Shown here: piece by piece, positions 43,506-53,665 of the stretch
Layout: each line of letters starts with the position of its first letter
Numbering within the stretch: position 1 is the first letter of the stretch
Assembly: GCA_016206785.1 (NCBI GenBank)
Contig: JACQQV010000021.1
Coordinates: 63,509-127,508 of the forward strand
DNA: 64,000 bases
Reading direction: 5' to 3'
Source of the DNA: Candidatus Omnitrophota bacterium
GTDB lineage: Bacteria > Omnitrophota > Gorgyraeia > JACQQV01
Translations under genes and position numbers: made by a program
The notes under the pieces: model-generated
Databases searched by the model: none
Told to the model about the DNA's origin: nothing
What the model saw: only the letters and a program-made list of their open reading frames with translations

Positions 43506-44890
43506 TGGAGCGCTACCTCTTTGAATCCTTCTCTGTTTCTCATCTTAACCCACGCCGTCCCCTTCCCTTCGACCCTGACTCTGGGATCCCCATCGAACGG
43601 GGATTCAATGACAACGTGTCTCAAGAAGCCACGAAGTTCCTCTACCGATCCTTCTTTGAATTGGAAATGTCCTTCCGTATCGCCGACAGAGACGACCTCG
43701 ATCCGTTCTGAACTATACGTGATCAGTTGATAAGGAACATTCGCGAGGATCTTCTGATTCGCATAAGGTGGAATGACGAAGTTCCGGTAGTCATTTGGAT
43801 TCCCGGAGCGCCCGGCCTCGGCCGCCTTGAGAATGTTGTAAGCCTCTCGCGCCGTAGCATAATGGAGCCGGTATCGTTTCCCGTCGTTATACTTTTTCTC
43901 CAACGTCTCATACATCTTCTCGGCCCCCTTCCCTAAAAGGGGTTCATGGTCTCTGGCGATCGCCCCATGGGTAAAAACCTTCACAAAAATCCACTCGGGC
44001 CGACCTTTCACATGGATCGCTGTCCTCATCCAGCGGTCGATCCGTTTTGACGTTGGAAGATCCCAAACGGTTACATCCCCATGGTCATAGCGGAGCCTTC
44101 CTTTCTCAAAGGAAAGGATGCTCGGGCCTTCAAAGATAAGAAGGTCGCCCCACGCTTCACCTTCTGCCTGTACGATTTGACCTTTGTCGTATGATTTGGG
44201 ATGTGACGGATCATCCTTTGCGTAATAGAGACTGTTCGTGAGCGTCGGATTCATCGTCCCCCAGGATGAATGCGTAAAATCTGCGTAGCAGCCGGTCTTG
44301 CGCAGAATCTCCAGTTCATTGTTGACTCCACAAAACTGCCCCTCTCTCGAATTGTCCAGCGCCCACATCCCATGGATAAAGGCATACATCGTCTTGGGTT
44401 TTTCTTCTGCCGTAATAAATGCCCCCGTCACCTGTGAAAGTTTGATCCGTCTTTGAAGTTCACGGGTCACCGTGAGAGGTGTGTCGTTGTTGTGATGGAG
44501 ATGGAGTTCCACCTCCCCATACCCCTCATAAGCAAGTTTTGCAAGTCTCGTGAGATTTCGAAGGGTCACATCCCCCCTGTCATCGGCCCAATACCAGAAA
44601 AAGGTGTGTTGCGGTTTCCTTCCATCCGCATCCCGGTGGCGGTCTGCGAGGCGTCGGTACATCTTCTCCCATCGTTCAACAGCAGCGATGTGGTGTGGTT
44701 CAAAGTGGTCGACGAAAACGAAAACAATGTCTACGGGTTGCTTTGAGGAAAAGGAGGGATCTTTCTGAAAAATTTGTTGAGCCAACAAACCGGGAAGCCA
44801 CGGCTTTGTCCGATGAACATAGAAGCCGATCCCGCTTGCGGCCAAAAGAAATAAAACGACAATCAGTTTTCGTAACGTACTCTTACGCAT
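43499..44890 (-). CDS. conserved hypothetical protein with N-terminal TM anchor (unassigned family)
   Basis: ORF track. The TM segment is LIVVLFLLAASGIGFY, followed by a His-rich motif VFVFVDHFEPHH...HLHHNN. The likely start is MRKSTLRKL at about 44890. The track ORF extends to 45010. Confidence 0.45.
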   Translation of the reverse strand: MRKSTLRKLIVVLFLLAASGIGFYVHRTKPWLPGLLAQQIFQKDPSFSSKQPVDIVFVFVDHFEPHHIAAVERWEKMYRRLADRHRDADGRKPQHTFFWYWADDRGDVTLRNLTRLAKLAYEGYGEVELHLHHNNDTPLTVTRELQRRIKLSQVTGAFITAEEKPKTMYAFIHGMWALDNSREGQFCGVNNELEILRKTGCYADFTHSSWGTMNPTLTNSLYYAKDDPSHPKSYDKGQIVQAEGEAWGDLLIFEGPSILSFEKGRLRYDHGDVTVWDLPTSKRIDRWMRTAIHVKGRPEWIFVKVFTHGAIARDHEPLLGKGAEKMYETLEKKYNDGKRYRLHYATAREAYNILKAAEAGRSGNPNDYRNFVIPPYANQKILANVPYQLITYSSERIEVVSVGDTEGHFQFKEGSVEELRGFLRHVVIESPFDGDPRVRVEGKGTAWVKMRNREGFKEVALQW

Positions 44891-47198
44891 CGTGAAGAAG
44901 TTCCTCATAAAGTTTTTCGGTATCGCGAAGGAGTTTTTCCCTCGAATAGTGCGAAAGGACGGTCTTTCGCGCCTCTTTCCCGATCCGTTTCGCTTCCTCC
45001 GGGTGATCAAGGAGATAGGCGATCTTTCCGGAGAGGGCCTTGACGTCTCCTACAGAAATTAAAAAGCCGTTTTGGCCGTCCTGGATCAGGCGCGCATGGT
45101 CTCCTACACGTGAAACAATAACCGGCAGTTCAGTGGCCATCGCTTCAAGGACCGCCAGGGAAAGGGCTTCTCGTGAAGAAGTAAGCACAAAGAGGTCGGC
45201 ACTTCGATAGATCCCTTCGACATTTTCTCTTTCTCCTAAGAATTGAACCCGCCCATCGAGACCCAACCTCGCCTTCAATCTCAAGAGTTCCTCCCTCTCC
45301 TGTCCCTCTCCAACCAATATCAAGTTTAAATCAGTCCTTGCAAGTGACGGCTCTTTAAGTGCCTTTAAAAAAATATCGTGCCGTTTCTCAGGAGCCAGCC
45401 GCCCGATACTCAGGGCAATTTTCTTTTCAACAGAGAAACCAAGTTCTTTGCGCCACCTCAGGCAATCCGGATCGGGTTTAAAACGTTCGGTGTCGATCCC
45501 ATTTGGAATGACAGTACATTTCCGTTCGGCGACGCTCGTGACCTTGCAAAATTCTTGCCGGACCATCTCGGCAACAAAAATGATTTTATGACAAAGAAGC
45601 GAAAGAACCTTATCGGCGAAACGATGGAGCGGCCCTCGCCATTCCTGAATGCCATGTTCTGTTGCGATGCGGACCGGCACACCGGCCAACCACGCTGCAA
45701 TCCTTCCCCAGACATTGGCTCCCCAAAGATGGGTATGCACGATTTGAACTTTTTCTTTCCGCATGAGTGTCACAAGTTTCGGAATCACGGAAAAATCGAG
45801 GCCGCTCCGTTTGTGAAGTGCCACGACCGGAATCCCCGAGGGGATGAGCCGTTCGGCGAGCGAACCGGGATGATTGAGGCAGCAGATGAGAGGATCAAAA
45901 CGCCTCCGATCCAGTCCTTCTGCCAGAGACACCACCAGACCCTCAGCCCCTCCCATCTCAAGCGACCAGATCACGTAAAGAATTTTGATCTTCCCGGTTT
46001 TTTCTTCAAAGAGACGCGATAACGCCTTAAGATGGAGGTCCGAATTAAATTTCTCCGATACCGTGCGGTGCGCTTCTTCCCCATAACGGTTCGCCAACGG
46101 AGGGTCCTTCAGTATCGTTTCAATGGCCCCTGCGAGTGCCGCGGGATTTTTTTCTGGGACAAGGAGGCCGTTTCTCCCTGAAGTCACCGCTTCAGGAATG
46201 CCGGAAATCTCCGTGGAAACGACAGGAATTCCGACAGCCATCGCTTCCAAGAGAACGTTCGGGATGCCGTCCCGGTCTCCACTCGGAGCGATCTCAGACG
46301 GAAGCACGAAACAGGCGGCCTTTCGATAATAATCCAGAAGTTCTTCTCTTGAGAGAGAACCGGCCAACCGGACAACATGCTCCAATTGTTCTTCCTTAAT
46401 TTCCTCTTCCAGTTTGCTACGCAAGGGTCCCTCTCCGACAATGACGCACTCAAAGGAGAACCTTTTTGCTTTAAGAAGAGAAAGCGATCGAATCAACGTG
46501 AAAAATCCTTTTGTTTCCACAACTCTTCCGACCGAAAGAATGAGCGGTGTACCCTCTTTCCGAAGGGGCTCCCTTTTCTGAAAGCGGTTTAAGTCCACAC
46601 CATGATAATTGAGAAAGATCTTTTGTTCGCATCCCGGCGATGTTGTAGAAAGGAACTTCCGGTTATGCTCTGTACAGGTCACAACAAACTCGGCTTCCTC
46701 GAGTTTCTCTTTGAGTGTGGGATTCCCCACATAAAGATCCCACGCGTGCCCTGTGAAACTGAAAGGAAGGTTGAGGAGTCTCGCCATCATCCTTGCCGAA
46801 GTTGTTGGAAAGGTCGCCCAATGGGAATGGAGATGACCGATTCTCATCCCTTTAGCGCGATGTACCAAGGCGAGTGTTTTTACATACACGACGAGCACTT
46901 TTAAGAAAGAGACGAAATCTTTTCCATCCGCCATCATTTCTCCCAGGGCTTCGATGGACCTCATCGGTTGTCTGAGGAACTCGAGCAGTCCCTCTCCCCA
47001 CACCGTGGGTGAGGAGAGAGGGGCATACTCTACCCAATGAAGAAGTGACCCAACCTCGGGGTGGATGATCCGATCGCGGCACTTCTTTAGTGAAAAAATC
47101 CGCAACTCGACCCCTACTTCCCGCAAGGCGAGAAACTCCTTCAAGATAAAGGTTTCGTGCAACTCTGGAAATTGGCTCACAACAATGCCGAGTTTCAT
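44883..47198 (-). CDS. tandem double GT4 glycosyltransferase fusion, 771 aa
   Basis: Two complete GT-B/GT4 modules, each with a Gly-rich N-terminus (…KILYVIWSLEMGGAEGLVVSLA…) and an E-x7-E C-terminal motif (…LPSEIAPSGDRDGIPNVLLEAMAVGIPVVST…; …VLTSSREALSLAVLEAMATELPVIVS…). Confidence 0.8.
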   Translation of the reverse strand: MKLGIVVSQFPELHETFILKEFLALREVGVELRIFSLKKCRDRIIHPEVGSLLHWVEYAPLSSPTVWGEGLLEFLRQPMRSIEALGEMMADGKDFVSFLKVLVVYVKTLALVHRAKGMRIGHLHSHWATFPTTSARMMARLLNLPFSFTGHAWDLYVGNPTLKEKLEEAEFVVTCTEHNRKFLSTTSPGCEQKIFLNYHGVDLNRFQKREPLRKEGTPLILSVGRVVETKGFFTLIRSLSLLKAKRFSFECVIVGEGPLRSKLEEEIKEEQLEHVVRLAGSLSREELLDYYRKAACFVLPSEIAPSGDRDGIPNVLLEAMAVGIPVVSTEISGIPEAVTSGRNGLLVPEKNPAALAGAIETILKDPPLANRYGEEAHRTVSEKFNSDLHLKALSRLFEEKTGKIKILYVIWSLEMGGAEGLVVSLAEGLDRRRFDPLICCLNHPGSLAERLIPSGIPVVALHKRSGLDFSVIPKLVTLMRKEKVQIVHTHLWGANVWGRIAAWLAGVPVRIATEHGIQEWRGPLHRFADKVLSLLCHKIIFVAEMVRQEFCKVTSVAERKCTVIPNGIDTERFKPDPDCLRWRKELGFSVEKKIALSIGRLAPEKRHDIFLKALKEPSLARTDLNLILVGEGQEREELLRLKARLGLDGRVQFLGERENVEGIYRSADLFVLTSSREALSLAVLEAMATELPVIVSRVGDHARLIQDGQNGFLISVGDVKALSGKIAYLLDHPEEAKRIGKEARKTVLSHYSREKLLRDTEKLYEELLHDA

Positions 47199-48784
47199 TC
47201 TTTGACTCCATATTTCATTTTGTCCAACCTCCGAAGCGAAGAAGAAATGGAGCGGGATCGTGCCACTGCAGGAACAGGAATCGGTAATGTCCTCACCGCA
47301 GTTTTCACTTTCCCCACCCCTTCCTGGAGTTCTGGCGATGTTGATGTTTCAAACAAAAGCCCGCGAAGCATCAGCGCAGAGAGGATCCAGAAATAACCGG
47401 AAATTTCTTCATGGTGCAGGCGCGAACCAAACATGTTTGCCATAAGGACTCCGAAAAGCCCTGCGAGAAAGCCGAGGGCCGTTGCCTTCAAAAAAGGATC
47501 CTTTGCCGTCTTATAAAGGCGATACGTCTTCCAGATAATTAGGGAAAGGACCCATAAGAAAATGAGGAGTGCAGGAATCCCCATTTCTGCGGCGATAATG
47601 ATGTAACTATTGTGAGCGTCCATGCGTCGTCCGCGAAGTTCAGGGGCATAGAAGGGGATCACAGCCCCGAACGTTCCATATCCGGTTCCCCAAAAGGGGT
47701 AATCGGCGATGATCTTGAGCGCCCCTTTCCAGATGATGAGCCTTCCTCGGGAACTTCCCTCAAGAACGACTTCTTCACCCTCATACCCTTCGGCGGCAAT
47801 TTCTCTGCGACCCTGTTCATCCATCTGCTCCACATTCTTAAAGGTTGAAAGCAAACGATAAACAATCCCCTGAGGCAAAAGAATAGGATTCATGAGCGCA
47901 ATCACCAACGCGAAAATGGTGAAGACAAATAAGATTTTACTTCTGAAAAAAGAGAGGGCGAGGCCTCCGGCAAAAAAGGAAAGATACCCGCCGCGTGAAA
48001 AGGTGACCTGGATCCCACGGAAACAGATAAGCATTGGAACCAGAAGGAGCCAATATCGGGGTTTCGTGCTGTTGCACAGGAAAAAACTGCCAAAAAGAAA
48101 CATGTAATAACAAAAGAAAGCGGCAAGCATGTTCGGCTGCTCCGCAATCCCTCCCACCCGCTCTTTTTCAATGCTTCCCACTTGCCCGATGTCGATATGT
48201 TCTTTAATGGTCAAGAGCCCGACCACGGCGACAGCGATCATGATGATCAAAACAACTGTTTTAAGAGTCCGACGGTCCCTTACAATCAAGAGAGTGAGGA
48301 AATAAAGGAAAATAGGTGTGAGCCATCTCTTAAGAGGAATAATAAATTTCTCCATATACCACGCGCCATATTCCCAGCTCCCTCGGATAAGACTGATGGC
48401 TCCTACCAAGGCAAAAAGAAAGACCGCGAAATTTAAGGCCGATTTTGGAAAGGTTCCCACCTTTTCCTTCTTGAGGGGAGACATGTATCCAAAAATCGCC
48501 AAAAGGCACAAAATATTCATGAGATTTAAGGCGGTCATCAGCCCGCCGAAATTCCCTTGCAAGGTACGACTAAAAGGAAGATAGGCCACTAACACATAAA
48601 AGGGAATTTCAGGATAGAAAAGAGTGCTAAAGAAAAGCGCTGCGCCTCCCAATATCCCCCCCATCACAATGGCGGGGAGGGGAAGCGAGATCTCCTTGTT
48701 CACGACATAAGCAAGAATGAGACTCAGGACGCCGAATACGAAGAGCGGTTTCCAGGAAACTCTTTCAGAAACATTATTTCTCAT
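47195..48784 (-). CDS. O-antigen ligase-like (Wzy_C domain) polytopic membrane protein, 529 aa
   Basis: At least 10 TM helices. A Wzy_C-like loop (…FSRGGYLSFFAGGLALSF…) and a C-terminal soluble tail. Confidence 0.7.
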   Translation of the reverse strand: MRNNVSERVSWKPLFVFGVLSLILAYVVNKEISLPLPAIVMGGILGGAALFFSTLFYPEIPFYVLVAYLPFSRTLQGNFGGLMTALNLMNILCLLAIFGYMSPLKKEKVGTFPKSALNFAVFLFALVGAISLIRGSWEYGAWYMEKFIIPLKRWLTPIFLYFLTLLIVRDRRTLKTVVLIIMIAVAVVGLLTIKEHIDIGQVGSIEKERVGGIAEQPNMLAAFFCYYMFLFGSFFLCNSTKPRYWLLLVPMLICFRGIQVTFSRGGYLSFFAGGLALSFFRSKILFVFTIFALVIALMNPILLPQGIVYRLLSTFKNVEQMDEQGRREIAAEGYEGEEVVLEGSSRGRLIIWKGALKIIADYPFWGTGYGTFGAVIPFYAPELRGRRMDAHNSYIIIAAEMGIPALLIFLWVLSLIIWKTYRLYKTAKDPFLKATALGFLAGLFGVLMANMFGSRLHHEEISGYFWILSALMLRGLLFETSTSPELQEGVGKVKTAVRTLPIPVPAVARSRSISSSLRRLDKMKYGVKE

Positions 48785-51515
48785 GTTGAGAGACCTTTTC
48801 TGCCAAGGAAAGAATGCGATTCACAAAATGTGTCAGGGAAAATTCATTTTGGACCCGCTCATAAGCCTTCTCCACCATTTTCTGGACTTCGGAGCCTCCT
48901 CCCATGACGCGAAGGATCGCTTCGCGAAGAGCCACCGGATCTCCTGGAGGAACCACAATCCCAGTAACCTCCGGCGTGACATGGTCAAGTACCCCCGGAA
49001 CTTCACTCACAATGACTGGCTTTTTGAGAGCCATCGCGTTTAAGTAGCTCTGTTGGCCTGTGCTTTGAAGGAGACCTCGCGTGAGAGGAAGAACCACCAT
49101 CCGGGCCCCCGCCATGAGTTTCCGAAATCCGAGGGGATCTGTTGTTTGAGCAGTCACATGAGGAGGAAGGGGTTTTCCATTCCAGAAAGCCACCTGTTTT
49201 GCAACGATCAGAGTCGGGAACGAAAGGGATCGGACCGCCTCAAGAAGCGTTTCATAATCTCTGGAGGAGTCCCCACCGGCAAAAATATAATTCCCGTTTT
49301 TTCCTTCTACGTCATATCCATCGAGTGACGCATGATGCGGCATAAAAACGAATTTTTCTCTCGGAATTTTGAAATAAGCACTATAGGTGTCGCACTCCTG
49401 CCGCGACCAGACGAGAAATAGTCTTACCGAGCGGGCAATCCATCGGAGGACCATCCCCTTCCACCACTTCCGAAGAGGATTCGTTTCAGATTTCCAAAGA
49501 CAACAGGTCATCAGGTGCGGAATTCTTTTGCCCGGTAAGAGGGACTGAAGTATTGCGAAAAAGCCATCTTCTCTTTCGCATCCTGTAATAAGAACATCAT
49601 ATTTTCGTCTCGCCTTAAGGAGACGAAACGCCAGGGTCCAGTCCCGGAAACCCCAATGGCCCAAGAGACCTCGTTTTTCCTCACTCCTCGGCTTTAAGAG
49701 AGTGGTCTCCTTTTGCCAGTGAGGACTTTGTGGAATGGGATAGGTCGTCAGGATCCGGACGCCGCTACGATTCAGCTGAGGGCGTGTCAATATGTTAGGA
49801 AGAGAATGGGAAATTTCCTTCTTCGCCTCAAACAGCCTTTCAAAAATCGTCATTCCCTTGATCCGGAAGCTCAGAATCCTTTGGCCGGTCTCGCAAATTC
49901 CAATGCGACGATAGGTCCGAAGGGACGTCTCGTTTTGGACATTAATCACGCAGTAGAGATACCGAATTCCTTCCTCAGCGAGTCGATTGCAAAACTCTTC
50001 AAAGGCCTTCAGGGCAATTCCTTTCCCGCGATACTCTGCCTGGGTCATTGCGTCGTAAAAGAAGGCCTCGTTTTCTCTAAGGGGGAATCTTCTCGAATTC
50101 TCCCACACGCACCACTCGTTCGGACTAACCCAGGTCGTATGAATCAGCTTGCCGTTGACAAAGGCTCCGAAACAACGATGCCCCCGCTTCCACCGCACTC
50201 CGAATTTATCAACGTCGTTCGTCTCTTTGAGTCTCGCAATCTCGCTCAGAGTCGCACGGTCCCCAGCGTCGAGCCAGCGGTATTCTATACCACCTCCTAC
50301 AACAGTTCGAACACCCTTTGCCCTGTTGTTTCTGGAATCCATCACAAAGACCTTAAAAAGATCCCTCTGAAACCAACGGCTCTTGGGATTCATTTTCTTA
50401 AGAAAACTCCGAACGGTAGAAGGAAAATGGACGAGCCTTTGTAACCAGGTCAATAACCTCCCCCGGAAGGTCGTCCCCAAGATCAGAACCCTCCCCACCT
50501 CTCGGATACCCTGGGTCCAGTCATACTTGTAGTTCTCCCCCCCACGCAACAGATCCACCTCCCGAATCCCCCGCTTGCAGCAGTCCTCGAGGATATATCC
50601 CATGAGGATTTGAAAAACCCCCGATTGCTTGTAGGCCGGATCGAAGCCGGTCTGATAGGCAAAGAGCCGCCCCTGATACTCAAAACCGTACTGAACAGCA
50701 ACCCGCTTCCCGTTGAGTTCAAGAAAAGAGAGATGGAGCCGACCGCGTCCGGCCAACTCCTGGGCCAGGCGACTGTGGAAGAGACGGTACGCCTCGAAAC
50801 TGAACTTGTCCGCCGACCCAATCGAAATCCTGCGCTTTCCATGGAGCTCCATAAAATTTTGCATGTCTTGCTCAAGGGTGGAGGGGTTCCCGGCTTTTAC
50901 AAAAGTTGTTTGGAATTCCCTGTTCAGCTTCGTCCGGCGCCTTCGGATATTTTTCTGCATGCTGTCCTTCAGAGAGGCGACGTAAGTATCCCATCCCTGC
51001 CCGTCCAGTTGGACATAGGGGGCAACCTCCCCCAAGCGCTTCTCAATCAGGGCCCTCCCACTCCCCTTGAGCTCTTCCCCGAGACGTCGACAGAAAGGAT
51101 CCTCTACATCGATATCGCGCAACATCATCGTGTCCCACTCATGTTGAATAGAGACGAGGAAATCCTTCACCTTCTGGATAACCGCCTCTTCATAGCCGGG
51201 AGCCACAAGGCCAGTGAGATGATCAGGGCAAACCAGGCCACCTGTTCCGACAAAACGAAGTTCCCTTACCGAAAGGATCTTTTTCATCTTACGTCGCGTC
51301 AGATAGAATGGAACGCCGCCGACCAGTTGATCTTTATCATAGGCAAGTAAAAGATAAAGCTGATTTCCCCTGCCGAAGACGGACCACCAACTCCCGAGCC
51401 ACTCAACCGTCAAAAAGATGTTGGGACGCGGCGCGGCATCGAGGAGGGCATTCCACTCCCCCCGCACCTGATAAAATTCCCGCAGTGTCTGAATCACCCG
51501 TACAGAAAGAGACAT
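48774..51515 (-). CDS. 913-aa fusion: FemAB/BioF2-like GNAT domain plus a second GNAT acetyltransferase plus a GT4-like glycosyltransferase domain
   Basis: The N-terminal 350 aa are FemAB-like (…LTVEWLGSWWSVFG…FLELNGKRVAVQYGFEYQGRLFAYQTGFDP…). The middle region is GNAT (…AEYRGKGIALKAFEEFCNRLAEEGIRYLYCVIN…). The C-terminal region is GT-B-like (…KPVIVSEVPGVLDHVTPEVTGIVV…). Confidence 0.7.
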   Translation of the reverse strand: MSLSVRVIQTLREFYQVRGEWNALLDAAPRPNIFLTVEWLGSWWSVFGRGNQLYLLLAYDKDQLVGGVPFYLTRRKMKKILSVRELRFVGTGGLVCPDHLTGLVAPGYEEAVIQKVKDFLVSIQHEWDTMMLRDIDVEDPFCRRLGEELKGSGRALIEKRLGEVAPYVQLDGQGWDTYVASLKDSMQKNIRRRRTKLNREFQTTFVKAGNPSTLEQDMQNFMELHGKRRISIGSADKFSFEAYRLFHSRLAQELAGRGRLHLSFLELNGKRVAVQYGFEYQGRLFAYQTGFDPAYKQSGVFQILMGYILEDCCKRGIREVDLLRGGENYKYDWTQGIREVGRVLILGTTFRGRLLTWLQRLVHFPSTVRSFLKKMNPKSRWFQRDLFKVFVMDSRNNRAKGVRTVVGGGIEYRWLDAGDRATLSEIARLKETNDVDKFGVRWKRGHRCFGAFVNGKLIHTTWVSPNEWCVWENSRRFPLRENEAFFYDAMTQAEYRGKGIALKAFEEFCNRLAEEGIRYLYCVINVQNETSLRTYRRIGICETGQRILSFRIKGMTIFERLFEAKKEISHSLPNILTRPQLNRSGVRILTTYPIPQSPHWQKETTLLKPRSEEKRGLLGHWGFRDWTLAFRLLKARRKYDVLITGCEREDGFFAILQSLLPGKRIPHLMTCCLWKSETNPLRKWWKGMVLRWIARSVRLFLVWSRQECDTYSAYFKIPREKFVFMPHHASLDGYDVEGKNGNYIFAGGDSSRDYETLLEAVRSLSFPTLIVAKQVAFWNGKPLPPHVTAQTTDPLGFRKLMAGARMVVLPLTRGLLQSTGQQSYLNAMALKKPVIVSEVPGVLDHVTPEVTGIVVPPGDPVALREAILRVMGGGSEVQKMVEKAYERVQNEFSLTHFVNRILSLAEKVSQHEK

Positions 51516-53665
51516 TATCGATACCCCAACAGCCGGCAGGCCAATGTGCTGAACGGCTCTTCGTAGGCCGGCACCCGTTTCAGAATAAATGGTTCTTGAA
51601 AGTCGCGATTGACCCCGTAAAGGGTGGTGCAGGCGGCTGTGAATCCATTTGCCTTAAGGGCGCCAATGGCCCTTTCATCGAAATCTCCCGCTTCGCCGTT
51701 CGGATAGGCAAAAAGGGTTACCCTTTGCCCCGTCATCGCTTCAATCCGTTCCTTCGACCCGACAATCTCCTTCTCCAACATCCCGTTACTCATTTTGGAG
51801 AGGATCGGATGAGAGATGGTGTGGGCACCAAAAGAGATCCCTGCTTGCGACATCACTTTCGCCTCCTCCCACGTCATCATCCTCGCACCGTCTTGGTGAA
51901 AAAACGTGGGCGTCATCTGCGCCAGTTTCTCGACGAGGGTATTCCTCTCTGGATCCGGCAACCGCTTCAGCCATTCTTTCAACGCCTTGAGGGTGGTTAT
52001 TTTTTCCCAGACGGTTTTTGTCGGAAAACGTCTTTCGATGCCGTTTCCGCCAAGGGTCAATGTCTCTCCCTCGAAACGGGAAACCAACGAGGTGACACAA
52101 TCTGTCCAGAGCGGCCTCTGGTCATCCATCGCGCCCGTTGTCAGAAAGACGGTCGCCGGAAGTTTCATCGCGGAAAGGGCCGGAAAGGCGACCGAGAATG
52201 TGTTTCGGATGCCGTCGTCAAACGTCAGACTGACCGTCCGGCGAGGAACTCTTTTGCCTCGGGAGAGGGTATCCACCACCTCTCCAAGAGGGAGTACCGT
52301 AAAGTGACGCTTTAAAAAAGCGAGCTGCCGTTCGAAATGTGTAACGCTAATCCCGGTAAAATAGGGAACCTCTTCTTTCAAAACACGGTGATACATGAGG
52401 ATCGAAAATGCGTTCTCTCTTCCGAGGCGCCAAGGAACCGCACGGGTCCCCGACCAGGCCACATCCGCCGCTCTTTCCAAGAGGGTCCGTCGAAGGCGCC
52501 GTTTGACCTGTGCAAGTAGCTTTCCCTTCGCACGGAGACGCAACCGCTCATAAGTTTCAAGAGCCTCTCCTGCCACACGCGCCATTGAAAAATGCCGTAA
52601 GATCCTCTCCCGCCCCGATTCCGACATCTTTTTTCTCTTCTCATGATTTGTAATAAGTTCTTTCATCGCTTCTGCGAGCGCCGAGGGGTCGGAAGGAGGG
52701 ATTAGAATTCCATCCTGGCCGTTTCTAACCAATTCCGGAATACCCCCTACCTCCGTCGCAATGACCGCCTTTCCAAGGGCCATCGCTTCTGCGATGGCAA
52801 GCCCAAGTCCCTCTCCCAAAGAGGGAAGGACAACGAGATCCATCGCCGCCATGACCGGTTTTACGTCCGACTGCCACGGAATAAAACGGATCTTCCCGCC
52901 CAGCGATAACGTTTCCGCAAGGTTCCGAATCCGTTCTTCATAAGCCCCTTTTCCGTTCGCTCCGACCAGAAAAAACGAAACATTTTTCTCCCTTTCCAGA
53001 ACCTTCTGTGCGGCGTTAAGAAACTGATCATGCCCCTTCCCTTCCACAAACCGTGCGATCATCCCTACCGCGCACTCCCCTTCCGGCAAGGCGAGTTTTT
53101 GCCGCTCATCGCTTCTCACCGACGGATTCATCTCAAATTCGCGAAGGTCGATTCCGTCGTAGAGGGTCTTAACGCTCCGGGATCCCTTCAAGGAGTCGAG
53201 CCGGTAAACATTCCTTACCGCATTCGAGACACACAAATATTCATCGACCCAACGGCTCGCCCAGCGGGAAAGATTTCCCATAAACATTGTCTCGTTTCCG
53301 CGCGCATGCGAAACCAAAGGAATGCCTAAGCATTTCGCAGCCGCTGCGCCGGATAAGCCAGAGGCGACACCCGTATTCAAATGGACGATTTCTACTTTTT
53401 CCTTAAGACAGAGCGCGGTAAGAAAAAGGATCTCGGCGAATAAACGGGGGATAATAAAGAGTTTTCCCCTTCCAAAGAATTTCGGAATCGTGAAAATAGA
53501 TACCCCCAATTCACGGAGTTTCTCAACATTCGGGCCTGTCTTTCGCACGGCAACCGTCGGAGTCACCCCATGATGCTGTAACACCTTGGCCAGCCGGTAG
53601 AGCGAAGCGGAGGATCCGCCGGAACCTGAACCCGCTTCGATATAGAGCACATGGAGGGCACTCAT
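51515..53665 (-). CDS. 716-aa fusion: GT4 glycosyltransferase plus polysaccharide deacetylase (NodB) domain
   Basis: The N-terminus is GT4 (…LYIEAGSGSGGSSASL…LPSLGEGLGLAIAEAMALGKAVIAT…). The C-terminus is NodB (…ILMYHRV…LTFDDG…). Confidence 0.8.
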   Translation of the reverse strand: MSALHVLYIEAGSGSGGSSASLYRLAKVLQHHGVTPTVAVRKTGPNVEKLRELGVSIFTIPKFFGRGKLFIIPRLFAEILFLTALCLKEKVEIVHLNTGVASGLSGAAAAKCLGIPLVSHARGNETMFMGNLSRWASRWVDEYLCVSNAVRNVYRLDSLKGSRSVKTLYDGIDLREFEMNPSVRSDERQKLALPEGECAVGMIARFVEGKGHDQFLNAAQKVLEREKNVSFFLVGANGKGAYEERIRNLAETLSLGGKIRFIPWQSDVKPVMAAMDLVVLPSLGEGLGLAIAEAMALGKAVIATEVGGIPELVRNGQDGILIPPSDPSALAEAMKELITNHEKRKKMSESGRERILRHFSMARVAGEALETYERLRLRAKGKLLAQVKRRLRRTLLERAADVAWSGTRAVPWRLGRENAFSILMYHRVLKEEVPYFTGISVTHFERQLAFLKRHFTVLPLGEVVDTLSRGKRVPRRTVSLTFDDGIRNTFSVAFPALSAMKLPATVFLTTGAMDDQRPLWTDCVTSLVSRFEGETLTLGGNGIERRFPTKTVWEKITTLKALKEWLKRLPDPERNTLVEKLAQMTPTFFHQDGARMMTWEEAKVMSQAGISFGAHTISHPILSKMSNGMLEKEIVGSKERIEAMTGQRVTLFAYPNGEAGDFDERAIGALKANGFTAACTTLYGVNRDFQEPFILKRVPAYEEPFSTLACRLLGYR

